A program made the position numbers and the translations under genes. Below are positions 32,219 to 40,982 of a stretch of 64,000 nt of DNA, one piece after another (position 1 is the stretch's first letter; each line of letters opens with the position of its first letter). This DNA comes from Gemmatimonadales bacterium (GTDB taxonomy: Bacteria > Gemmatimonadota > Gemmatimonadetes > Palauibacterales > Palauibacteraceae): positions 3,951-67,950 of the forward strand of contig DAOVWI010000001.1 of NCBI GenBank assembly GCA_030636765.1, in the 5' to 3' direction. Under the pieces are notes generated by a model. That model was not told the DNA's origin and ran no database searches. It worked only from the letters and a program-made list of their open reading frames with translations.

Positions 32219-33052
32219 GTGAAGGAGGACCTACGCCGCCGGTTGGTCGTCGCGGCCGTCGGCATTCCCGCTTCGCTCGTAGTCGTCTACCGAGGCGATG
32301 TCATCCTCGCCCTCGGGCTGAGCTTCCTCGCCGCCGTCGGCTTCTGGGAGTACGCCGTCATGATGCGCGAGGCGGGTCACCGGCCGTTCATCGGACTTGG
32401 CCTCCTGGCGGCTCTCACTTTTCCGCTCGCCGTCCGAACCCTCGGTTTTGGTGTGGCGTGGGCGGCGTGCGTGGCGTTCCTCGCGCTCGGCTCGGCGGTG
32501 GCGACGCTTCGTTTGCCGCCGTCCGAGCGCCCGATCTCGAACGCCGCGATCACGCTGTTCGGGGCCTTCTACTTGGGTGGCCTGCTCAGTTTCGGGGTTC
32601 CGCTGCGGGAGTGGTTCCTGCCGGGGAGAGTCGAGGGCACGCTACTGTTTTTCTACCCCGTCGTTGTGACCTGGATCACCGACACGGCCGCCTACGCAGG
32701 CGGCAGGACGTTCGGGCGTCGGCAGCTATCGCCGACCATCAGCCCGAACAAGACGATCGAGGGCGCCGTGAGCGCCTTGATTGCCGGACCCCTCGGAGCC
32801 CTGCTGTACGGGCTCTTGGTTCCCGTACCGGTGATCCAGGGGCTCGGCCCGACAACGCTTCTGGTTTTCGGGTTCTTCGTGGCTCTTCTCGCGATCATCG
32901 GAGATCTGGTGGAGTCCGCGCTCAAGCGGGAGTGTGGGCAGAAGGATGCCTCCGGGCTCCTGCCGGGTCACGGAGGCTTCCTGGACCGGCTGGACTCGCT
33001 CCTGTGGACAATCCCGGGCGCGTACCTGTTCTTCATGGCGATCGGCCTGTGA
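32219..33052 (+). CDS. cdsA: Phosphatidate cytidylyltransferase
   Basis: Multi-TM protein with C-terminal signature SALKRECGQKDASGLLPGHGGFLDRLDS. Confidence 0.9.
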   Translation: MKEDLRRRLVVAAVGIPASLVVVYRGDVILALGLSFLAAVGFWEYAVMMREAGHRPFIGLGLLAALTFPLAVRTLGFGVAWAACVAFLALGSAVATLRLPPSERPISNAAITLFGAFYLGGLLSFGVPLREWFLPGRVEGTLLFFYPVVVTWITDTAAYAGGRTFGRRQLSPTISPNKTIEGAVSALIAGPLGALLYGLLVPVPVIQGLGPTTLLVFGFFVALLAIIGDLVESALKRECGQKDASGLLPGHGGFLDRLDSLLWTIPGAYLFFMAIGL

Positions 33053-33060
33053 GCGTCTTG

Positions 33061-33392
33061 CAGGTCGCTGAAGAACCCTGGTGGGTCGCGCGCGACAGTC
33101 GCTGTCGCGCCTGTTACCGTCTTGTGAGTCGAGGACAAGGAACGAAGAGGAGTCGATGCCTTGTGCATCGTCGACGACGAGTGACGCCGTATTCGGCCAC
33201 AACCGGAGCGAGCGAAGCGAGAGGAGGTCGGCGCCAGCCAATCCCCATGCGCCCTGCGGGTTACGGCGGCGTGGGGGCGTCTCCGGCGTTGCCGCTCCTC
33301 CCCGATACGCACGGTATCGCCTTCGTCGCGCCGCCTTGGATCTGTCCCCACGGTGCTCGTAACGCGACCCGCCAGGGTTTTTCAGCGACCTG
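33061..33392. repeat. TIR-bounded repeat element, copy 2 (332 bp; ~165-bp internal insertion)
   Basis: Left arm CAGGTCGCTGAAGAACCCTGGTGGGTCGCGCG (33061-33092), right arm CGCGACCCGCCAGGGTTTTTCAGCGACCTG (33363-33392; 1 mismatch). Core at 33258-33344 is 81/85 identical to copy 1. It starts 9 nt after the cdsA stop. Confidence 0.85.
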
Positions 33393-33539
33393 CTTGGCCA
33401 GCGTCGGCACCGGCGGGCCGCCGGGGCACCGATCGTGCAAGCAGGGCGGCGGGGTTCCGGCTCGAATCGGGCCCTCCGCGTGCCGTGTGGGTGGAGACAC
33501 GGCGGAACCGAAGGCCGTCAGCTGGGGTGATAGCAGCCT

Positions 33540-34625
33540 ATGATCATAACGATTCTGGCCACCATCTTGGTGCTCGGCGTTCTCATCTTCGTGCACGAGC
33601 TCGGTCATTTCGCGGCGGCGAAGGCCGTGGATATCGAGGTTCCGCGCTTCTCGCTCGGCCTGGGCCCGAAGCTGATCGGGTTCAAGAAGGGGGAGACCGA
33701 GTATGTGATCTCGTGGTTCCCGCTCGGCGGCTACGTGAAGATGGCGGGGATGATCGAGGAGGAGGGGATCGGCGTGCTGGAGGGCGGGAAATCGGAGGGC
33801 CGGACGCCCTCTCCTCGTGACTTCGACGCCAAGTCGCTGCCGGCCCGGACACTCGTGATCTCCGCCGGCGTCCTGATGAACTTTCTCTTCGCTGTCGTCG
33901 CTTTCATCGTCGTGGCCCGCGCCCAGGGCATGCAGCTTCCGCTGATTCAAGATGTCGTGGAGGACTCGCCGGCGGCGACGGCCGGCTTCCGGCCCGGAGA
34001 CCTGATTCTCACGGTGGAAGGCAACCGCATCCGGAGCTTCAACGAGCTCTCGCTGATGGTGAAGCAGAACCCGGAAAAACGGATCCGCATCGGCGTCGAT
34101 CGCGCCGGCGAGCGCCTCACGCTCCAGGCCGTTCCCCGGAGCGTCCGGATCTGGAGCGACGTGATCAGAGATTCGGTCGAGATCGGGCAGCTGGGCGTGA
34201 GATCGGACCCAGGTGGCGGGTACCGGTCTCTCGGCTGGGGTGAAGCGATCGAGGAGGGCTCGTACCGCACCTGGTACTGGGTGCGCACGACCTTCGAGTT
34301 CCTGGGCCAGCTCGTGAGCGGGCAGAGCAGCGCCAAGGAGGTGGGCGGCCCGATCCTCATCGGCCAGCTGTCCGGCCAGGCGGCCCGCGCGGGCATCTGG
34401 CCGCTGCTGAGCTTCATGGCGATCATCAGCATCAACCTGGCGATCCTGAACCTGCTTCCCGTTCCCGTGCTCGATGGCGGCCACCTCACCTTCCTCGCTT
34501 TTGAGGCGGTGCGTGGCAGGGCGCTGAGCGCGGGTCAGCGTATCCGGCTGACCCAGGTGGGGATGGTGCTGATAGTCGGCCTGATGGTGTGGGTGATCAC
34601 GAACGACGTCCTGAGGCTCTTATAG
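33540..34625 (+). CDS. rseP: RIP metalloprotease RseP (site-2 protease)
   Basis: HELGHF zinc motif, PDZ domain, LDGGH motif. Confidence 0.9.
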   Translation: MIITILATILVLGVLIFVHELGHFAAAKAVDIEVPRFSLGLGPKLIGFKKGETEYVISWFPLGGYVKMAGMIEEEGIGVLEGGKSEGRTPSPRDFDAKSLPARTLVISAGVLMNFLFAVVAFIVVARAQGMQLPLIQDVVEDSPAATAGFRPGDLILTVEGNRIRSFNELSLMVKQNPEKRIRIGVDRAGERLTLQAVPRSVRIWSDVIRDSVEIGQLGVRSDPGGGYRSLGWGEAIEEGSYRTWYWVRTTFEFLGQLVSGQSSAKEVGGPILIGQLSGQAARAGIWPLLSFMAIISINLAILNLLPVPVLDGGHLTFLAFEAVRGRALSAGQRIRLTQVGMVLIVGLMVWVITNDVLRLL

Positions 34626-35456
34626 CAGGTCGCTGAAGAGCTCGAACTGGCGACCGCCAGTGGCTCGATGCCGTAGAGCGCTCACGTCGTATAGCGGCGT
34701 CGGGCGCTCCTGCGTGGCCACGTCGATCAGCCCCCGGTATCCGGTGTCTGCCAGGGCGCCGACCACCGCCTCGCGCGCCAACCGTCCCTCGTTGCACTCC
34801 TCGCTCACGTGCGCCAGCAGGATTCCGCCCAACTCGGGGTGCAGCAGCTCGGCCGCGAGCTCCGCCGCCATCCGGTTCGAGAGGTGGCCGCGGCTGCCGC
34901 CGATGCGCTCCTTCACTGGCCACGGGTAGGGTCCATCGCGCAGGAGCAGGTCGTCGTGGTTGGCCTCGAGGACCAGGAAGTGGCAGCCGCGAAGGGCGTC
35001 TCGCACCGTTCCCGTCGGTCTGCCGAGATCCGTGGCGACGCCGACCTTGAGTCCTGTGGCGGAGTCGGTGAGCGTTACGGCCAACGGATCGGCGGCGTCG
35101 TGGCTCGTGAGAAACGCCCGGATCTCCAGGTTCCCGACGCTGAACGTCGTCTCGCGCTCGAAAGTTCGGATCTCCTCCTCGCCGGAGAGCAGGGCGCTGC
35201 AAACCGTCGCCGTCCGGCGACTCATGTAGATCGGCCAGCCCCACCGGCGGGCGGCGACCCCGATGCCACGCGTGTGGTCCCGGTGCTCGTGCGTGACGAC
35301 GATGGCCGCGATGCCCTCGGTCGCCACGTCGAGCATCGCCAGGCGCCGCCCGATCTGACGAGCGCTGAGACCGGCGTCCACGAGCACCCGCGTGCCGCCG
35401 CCTTCCACGAGGAGCGAGTTGCCCCGGCTGCCACTCCCGAGCGCGGCTACGCGCAC
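34620..35456 (-). CDS. MBL-fold metallo-hydrolase (YycJ/PhnP-like)
   Basis: VVTHEHRDHTRG motif; GTG start at 35454-35456 preceded by GGAAG, trimmed from track ORF 34620..35558. Confidence 0.8.
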   Translation of the reverse strand: MRVAALGSGSRGNSLLVEGGGTRVLVDAGLSARQIGRRLAMLDVATEGIAAIVVTHEHRDHTRGIGVAARRWGWPIYMSRRTATVCSALLSGEEEIRTFERETTFSVGNLEIRAFLTSHDAADPLAVTLTDSATGLKVGVATDLGRPTGTVRDALRGCHFLVLEANHDDLLLRDGPYPWPVKERIGGSRGHLSNRMAAELAAELLHPELGGILLAHVSEECNEGRLAREAVVGALADTGYRGLIDVATQERPTPLYDVSALRHRATGGRQFELFSDLL

Positions 35457-35481
35457 GCTTCCTCGGCTCGCCCGCCCCGGC

Positions 35482-36684
35482 TCATCCTCGCTGGGCCCGG
35501 CCGGCCTCCCAGACGGCCGACAACCAGGTGCGCTCGGCCTCGCCGAACCGGAGCCCACGGCGCTCTGCGGCCACGGCCGCCGTTCGCAGAAAGCCCTCCA
35601 GGCGGTGTTCGGTGGCCGAATCGCCCCAGCTGAAGGGCGGCATGAATCGCGGTGGGGATCCCCCGAACACGTTGGCGCCGCAGCCGAGCACGCTTCCGGT
35701 GCCGATCAGCGTTCCGATCGCCGTCTTTACGTGGTCGCCGATCAGGCACCCGAGCTTCATCAGGCCGGTGTCGATCTCGCCGTTGGGTCCGGCAAGGCGG
35801 ATCGATCCGTACGTGTTCTTGAGGTCGCTGTTCGTGGTGAGCGCCCCGAGGTTCACCCACCGCCCGACGTAGGCGTGGCCGAGGAAGCCGTCGTGTGCCT
35901 TGTTCGTGTAGCCGAGCACCACGGTACCCTCGATCTCGCCGCGCAGGTAGCTGAAGGGACCGGCCGAGAGACCGGCGATCGAGCCCCCCAGAAGCCGGCT
36001 CGAGGGCCCTGCATACAGGGGTCCCGCGAGCCGGGCACCGGCCCTGACCTCGACGCCGCGATCGAGGCAGATCGGGCCGCTGCGCAGGTCGAACACGACC
36101 CCGGGCTCGATCTGGACGTCCGCGGCCAGAAGAAGCTCGGCGCTGCCTAGCCGCTGTCCGCGGGGCGAGCTGAGAGGTGGTCCGACTTCGACGGCGCCGG
36201 CTTCCAGATCCGCCCTCGTTCGCTCCGGAGACCGAACGATCAGATCCCACACGTGCTGCAGCACATCGCCCTCGATCTCCTGGGTCGCGCCCGGGATCGG
36301 AGCCGGCGCACTGAACCAGGAGGCATCCGGCCCATCCTCGCCTCCCGGGACGTACGCTCCGATCACGTCTTCGCCGATCCGGATCGTGGCGGCCGTCGGT
36401 GGTGGCTCGAAACGCTCGCCGGCTTCTGGGATCGCCCGGGCGCACAGGAAGAGGCGGTCTTCGGCTTTGTCGATCTCCTCGGCGGAAGCCGCGGGCGGCA
36501 CGCCGGGCTCGCTGTAGGACGAGAGCCAGGGACGGGTGATCAGGCCGACGGCGGCGGCGCCTGCGAAGCGCTCCAGACGCTGGCGAAGCAGGAGCGCGCC
36601 GAAGAGCAGCTCGGAGCAGGGTCGCGAGAGGGCGAAGGGCTGCCAGGCGTCCGCCTGGCGGTCGTCGAAGATGTAAAGCCTCAC
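35482..36684 (-). CDS. Left-handed beta-helix (hexapeptide-repeat) protein, GlmU C-terminal-like putative sugar nucleotidyl/acyl transferase
   Basis: Hexapeptide repeats in the C-terminal half (LGYTNKAHDGFLGHAYVGRWVNLGALTTNSDLK...IGTGSVLGCGANV). GTG start at 36682-36684 preceded by GGAGGAGG; real portion of track ORF 35482..37014. Confidence 0.75.
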   Translation of the reverse strand: MRLYIFDDRQADAWQPFALSRPCSELLFGALLLRQRLERFAGAAAVGLITRPWLSSYSEPGVPPAASAEEIDKAEDRLFLCARAIPEAGERFEPPPTAATIRIGEDVIGAYVPGGEDGPDASWFSAPAPIPGATQEIEGDVLQHVWDLIVRSPERTRADLEAGAVEVGPPLSSPRGQRLGSAELLLAADVQIEPGVVFDLRSGPICLDRGVEVRAGARLAGPLYAGPSSRLLGGSIAGLSAGPFSYLRGEIEGTVVLGYTNKAHDGFLGHAYVGRWVNLGALTTNSDLKNTYGSIRLAGPNGEIDTGLMKLGCLIGDHVKTAIGTLIGTGSVLGCGANVFGGSPPRFMPPFSWGDSATEHRLEGFLRTAAVAAERRGLRFGEAERTWLSAVWEAGRAQRG

Positions 36685-37712
36685 GCCTCCTCCGGTGAGT
36701 CGGTGGCCTCGAAAATCCGTTTCATGTCGGCCGCAGCCTCGCGCGTCGTGACGAACGTGTGGTCGCCGGAACGGACGACCACCAGGTCGTGCACGCCGAA
36801 CAGCGTGACGCTCCCGTCCTCCGACCAGACGATGTTGTCGCCGCTGTCGACGAGGTCGACCGGGCCGAACACGATGTTCCCATCCCGGTCGGCCGGCCAG
36901 GTGCGGCGGAGCGCATTCCAGCCGCCGACATCGTCCCAGTCGAAGGAGGCGGTCACGACGCCGACCCGGCTCGCACGCTCCATCACCGCCACGTCGATCG
37001 TCACATGAGCGCATGCCTCGAAGAACCCGGCGGCTCCGTTCTCCAGGCGTTCGAGCGGGATCTCGGGGGCGAGCGTGCGGATCGCCGTGAGCAGGTCCGC
37101 AGCCCGCCAGATGAAGATTCCGCTGTTCCAGAGGTACTCCCCGGAATCGACGTACGCACGGGCCGTTTCCGGCGGAGGCTTCTCCACGAACTCGCCGGCG
37201 GCAAACACACCCGGCGCCATCTCGGCCCCGAGCCGGACGTACCCGTAGCCGGTCTCGGGTCGGTCGGGCTCGATTCCCAGGCAGAAGAGACGCCCGCCTC
37301 CGGTCGCGGCTACCCCGCGAGCGATCGTGTCGAGGAACTCATCGAGCGGCTCGATCACGTGATCGGCGTGTAACGAGACCATGACCCCTTCGGGATCCCG
37401 CCCGGCGATGATGTGAGCCGCCCAGGCGAGTGCCGGTCCGGTGCCTCTCGCCTCGGGCTCCACTAGAAGGTTGGCCGGCTCGAGGTCGGGGAGCGCCTCC
37501 AGGACGGGATCGACCAGGTGCGTCCCGAGGACAACGAGGACGCGCTCGGGCCCCGCGAGCGCCACCGCACGTGCGACGGCGTCGACGATGAGCGGGCGGT
37601 CGGTGCCGAGGGGGAGAAGCTGCTTCGGTCGCTCCGGACGCGAAGCGGGCCAGAAGCGCGATCCCACGCCGCCTGCCAGAACGACGGCGAACGGACGCTC
37701 GAGCTGGCTCAC
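36681..37712 (-). CDS. Sugar-phosphate nucleotidyltransferase (mannose-1-phosphate guanylyltransferase-like)
   Basis: AVVLAGGVGSRFWPASR...PKQLLPL NTP-transferase motif; GTG start at 37710-37712; its stop overlaps the downstream LbH gene start. Confidence 0.8.
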   Translation of the reverse strand: MSQLERPFAVVLAGGVGSRFWPASRPERPKQLLPLGTDRPLIVDAVARAVALAGPERVLVVLGTHLVDPVLEALPDLEPANLLVEPEARGTGPALAWAAHIIAGRDPEGVMVSLHADHVIEPLDEFLDTIARGVAATGGGRLFCLGIEPDRPETGYGYVRLGAEMAPGVFAAGEFVEKPPPETARAYVDSGEYLWNSGIFIWRAADLLTAIRTLAPEIPLERLENGAAGFFEACAHVTIDVAVMERASRVGVVTASFDWDDVGGWNALRRTWPADRDGNIVFGPVDLVDSGDNIVWSEDGSVTLFGVHDLVVVRSGDHTFVTTREAAADMKRIFEATDSPEEA

Positions 37713-37913
37713 TGGCTGTTCGTCTTCACGAGGCTCCTGTCGGCGGCGTCGGGAACGTACCGGCTCCGAGCATGGAGAGTCAACCAACTCGCCCGGAAAT
37801 CGCAAGCGAGGCAGCGACTTAGCTTGCTTGACCCGACGCTCGCCGCCGGGCATTTTCGAGCGAGTGGGCGTCATCAAAGAGCGATCGAGCTATCGGCAGC
37901 TTCGGGAGGATAC

Positions 37914-38465
37914 TTGAGACGTACATTTCGGCTGGTTACCGTTGGTGCGATCGCGTGGACGCTGTCCGGTTGCGGCAGCTCACCGATCGGCCTTCCCGTC
38001 CCGGATGAACCGTCGGAATCCACCCTGGCGGACTTCTTCGTCGGGCCGCTGACGGGGCCCTCGGCCTTCAGCCTCATACTCCTGCGAGCGGTTCGAACCG
38101 ACCAGACTCAGGACTGGGACTACGTTTTCGCGCTGGACGAGCAGGGCGTCGCCGAGCTGTTTCCGCGCGGCGCTGTTCTGGAGCCGCCATCCACGGCAGG
38201 CCTCCAGATCGTAGACGAGTCGTTCGACGATCTTACCGAGGCGCCCGAGTTCGGGTACGTGACCGACGCGCCCGTCCCGGTTCAGGTCGGGGACGTTCTC
38301 GCCGCGGTGAGCCAACGCCGGTGCGGCTCGTTCAACCTGCGTCGCTTCGGCAAGCTCGAGATTCTCGCGATCGATCGGGAGAGGGGCGAGGTAACGTTCA
38401 AGTGGTTGGCCAATCCGAACTGCGAGATCCGCTCTCTGGTGCCCGGAGAGGTGGGAGAACTCTGA
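37914..38465 (+). CDS. Hypothetical lipoprotein
   Basis: TTG start; signal peptide with lipobox LRRTFRLVTVGAIAWTLSGC|GSS. Confidence 0.6.
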   Translation: MRRTFRLVTVGAIAWTLSGCGSSPIGLPVPDEPSESTLADFFVGPLTGPSAFSLILLRAVRTDQTQDWDYVFALDEQGVAELFPRGAVLEPPSTAGLQIVDESFDDLTEAPEFGYVTDAPVPVQVGDVLAAVSQRRCGSFNLRRFGKLEILAIDRERGEVTFKWLANPNCEIRSLVPGEVGEL

Positions 38466-38496
38466 CCGCGTCGGCTCCTGGACGTCCGTTCGCCAC

Positions 38497-39774
38497 ATGC
38501 TAGACATCCGATACATCCGCGAGAAATCGGCGGAATGCCGGGAGCGACTCGCTGTCCGGGGCGATCCGGAGCTTGGGAGCCTTCTCGACGGCGCGCTGGC
38601 CCTCGATGTCAGGCGAAGGGAGCTGATCGGCCAGGTCGAGGTCCTGAAGGCGGAGCGGAACGAGCGCTCACGCGAGATCGGCGAGCGCAAGCGCCTCGGC
38701 GAGGACGCGTCCGATCTGCTCGAGCCCATGCAGAAGGTGGCGGCTCGGATACGCGGACTGGATTCGGATCTCGCGGAGGTGGAAGCCGAGCTCGAGTCTC
38801 TCCTTCTCACGATCCCGAACGTGCCGCACGAGCGGGTCCCGCCGGGCGGCGAGGGAGAGGGGCAGGTCCTTCGCGAGTGGGGTGAGCCGCCCTCCTTCGA
38901 TTTCGAGCCTCGTCCACACTGGGAGATCGGAAGCGCGCTCGGCATACTCGACATGGAACGTGGGGCGAAGCTGTCCGGATCCGGCTTTCCGCTGCTCGCC
39001 GGTGCCGGTGCCCGACTCCAGCGCGCTCTCGTGCAGCTGATGCTCGATACGCACGTGGAGGAGCACGGGTACACGGAGATAGCGCCGCCGTACCTCGTGA
39101 ATCGCGAGTCCATGATGGCGACGGGCCATCTCCCGAAGTTCGAGGAGGACGCGTACCGCACCGATCCGGATGACCTGTTTCTCGTTCCGACGGCCGAGGT
39201 GCCCATCACGAATCTGCATCGCGATGAGATCCTCGATGGAGAGTCGCTGCCGCGCGCGTACGTGGCCTACACGCCTTGTTTCCGCCGTGAGGCCGGGGCT
39301 GCCGGGCGCGAGACGAGAGGTCTTCTCCGGGTTCACCAGTTCGACAAGGTGGAGCTCGTCCGGCTCGTGGCTCCGGAGAGCTCGGATGACGCGCTCGAGG
39401 CTCTGACGGGACATGCCGAGCGGATCCTCGAGAGGCTCGAGCTCCCGTACCGACGTGTGTTGCTGCCGGGCGGCGATCTCGGCTTCGCCAACTACCTGAC
39501 GTACGATCTGGAGGTGTGGGCGGCGGGCGTTGGGGAGTGGCTCGAAGTGTCCAGCTGTTCGAGCTACGGCGATTATCAGGCGCGGCGTGCGAGCATCCGG
39601 TTTCGGCCGGGACCACGCGAGAAACCGGCCTTCGTGCACACCCTGAACGGGTCCGGACTGGCGCTCGCGCGCACGATCGTGGCTCTGTTGGAGAACGGCC
39701 AGCAGGGGGATGGCAGCGTCATCGTGCCGGCCGCGCTGCACTCTTACCTGGGAGCGGATCGGCTGGAATCGTGA
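38497..39774 (+). CDS. serS: Serine--tRNA ligase
   Basis: N-terminal coiled-coil arm plus class II core (FRREAGAAGRETRGLLRVHQFDKVE ... GSGLALARTIVALLEN). Confidence 0.95.
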   Translation: MLDIRYIREKSAECRERLAVRGDPELGSLLDGALALDVRRRELIGQVEVLKAERNERSREIGERKRLGEDASDLLEPMQKVAARIRGLDSDLAEVEAELESLLLTIPNVPHERVPPGGEGEGQVLREWGEPPSFDFEPRPHWEIGSALGILDMERGAKLSGSGFPLLAGAGARLQRALVQLMLDTHVEEHGYTEIAPPYLVNRESMMATGHLPKFEEDAYRTDPDDLFLVPTAEVPITNLHRDEILDGESLPRAYVAYTPCFRREAGAAGRETRGLLRVHQFDKVELVRLVAPESSDDALEALTGHAERILERLELPYRRVLLPGGDLGFANYLTYDLEVWAAGVGEWLEVSSCSSYGDYQARRASIRFRPGPREKPAFVHTLNGSGLALARTIVALLENGQQGDGSVIVPAALHSYLGADRLES

Positions 39775-40982
39775 CCAGACGGATACTCCCGTACGCCATT
39801 GCGGTCGCCTTCGCGGCCGTGATCGTCTCCTTCCTCGTCTACACGCAGCAGATGGCACGCGCCATCCGAATGGACGCGACCGTGTTCAGCCGGATCTACG
39901 CCCTCACCTTCCAGGCCACGAGCGCACCCGACACGAAGGAGCAGCAGCGGCTCACCGACGAGATCCTCTTCGAGGTGCTGGGCGAGGTTGACCGTCTGGC
40001 GATCCCGGTCGTGGTGACGGACCTGGAGGGCACGCCCAGCTCCGTCGCGAACCTCCCGTTCGATGCGGACCTGCGGGATCCGGAAGGGATGGAACGGATT
40101 CGGCGCTACGTGGAGGAGCTGGATGCGCGCACGCCGGCGGTCACGGCGGCGGAGTACAACCTCCGGATCCACTTCGGAGAACCGATTTTCCTGCGGCGCC
40201 TGAGATGGATCCCCTGGCTGCAGGCGTCGATCCTCTTCGTTCTCGTGGCGGGCGGTGCCTGGCTCGTCCTCGCATCGCTGCGAGGAGAGCGCGAACGCAT
40301 CTGGTCGGCGATGGCGAGGGAGTCCGCTCACCAGATGGGGACGCCACTCAGCTCCCTCGTGGGGTGGCTCGAGCAGCTGGAGTTGGAGATCGAGCCGGGA
40401 GGCGCCTCTGTGGCTCCGGCGGTCCCTCCCGATCTCGTGGAGGAGATGAAGGCGGATACGGACCGACTGCTCAAGGTGTCGCGTCGTTTCGAGCTCATCG
40501 GACAGCACCCGAGGCTCGATGTCGTGGATGTCGGCGAGATCGCCCAGCGCCTTCGCCGCTACTTTCAGGCGCGCCTTCCGAGCCTCGGCAGCCGGGTGTC
40601 TCTGGAGGTCGATGTTGCTGCCGATGCTCCCGCAGTGTTGGGAAACGAGACGCTTCTGGAGTGGGCGCTGGAGAACCTCATCAAGAACGCGCTCGATGCT
40701 CTTGCCGGCCGGGAAGGCAAGGTCGTCGTGGAGTATGACGGCGTCCACTTCGAGCGCGCGGCCTTCCGGGTCCACGACACCGGTCCCGGGATCGCGGCGG
40801 GCGTCCGCAAGCGGATCTTCGAGATCGGTTTCACGACCAAGGAACGCGGGTGGGGCGTGGGACTCTCATTGGCGCGCCGCATCATCGAGGACATGCACGA
40901 CGGCTCGATCGTGCTGGAGCACAGCGACTCGGGCGCCAGCTTCCGCATCGAGCTCCCGGTCGCGCAGCAGGGAGACGCGTGA
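39771..40982 (+). CDS. Sensor histidine kinase (two TM segments, ~150-aa extracytoplasmic sensor domain)
   Basis: DHp H-box ESAHQMGTPLSSL and HATPase_c (LIKNALDAL...VHDTGPGIA...GWGVGLSLARRII). GTG overlaps the serS stop; no response regulator is adjacent. Confidence 0.85.
   Translation: MTRRILPYAIAVAFAAVIVSFLVYTQQMARAIRMDATVFSRIYALTFQATSAPDTKEQQRLTDEILFEVLGEVDRLAIPVVVTDLEGTPSSVANLPFDADLRDPEGMERIRRYVEELDARTPAVTAAEYNLRIHFGEPIFLRRLRWIPWLQASILFVLVAGGAWLVLASLRGERERIWSAMARESAHQMGTPLSSLVGWLEQLELEIEPGGASVAPAVPPDLVEEMKADTDRLLKVSRRFELIGQHPRLDVVDVGEIAQRLRRYFQARLPSLGSRVSLEVDVAADAPAVLGNETLLEWALENLIKNALDALAGREGKVVVEYDGVHFERAAFRVHDTGPGIAAGVRKRIFEIGFTTKERGWGVGLSLARRIIEDMHDGSIVLEHSDSGASFRIELPVAQQGDA

Noticed and set aside
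37518-37913. N-terminal 132 codons of track ORF 37518..38465
   Set aside because: Overlaps the ManC-like gene on the opposite strand; the lipoprotein signal peptide (lipobox LSGC) begins at TTG 37914, which is the more plausible start.
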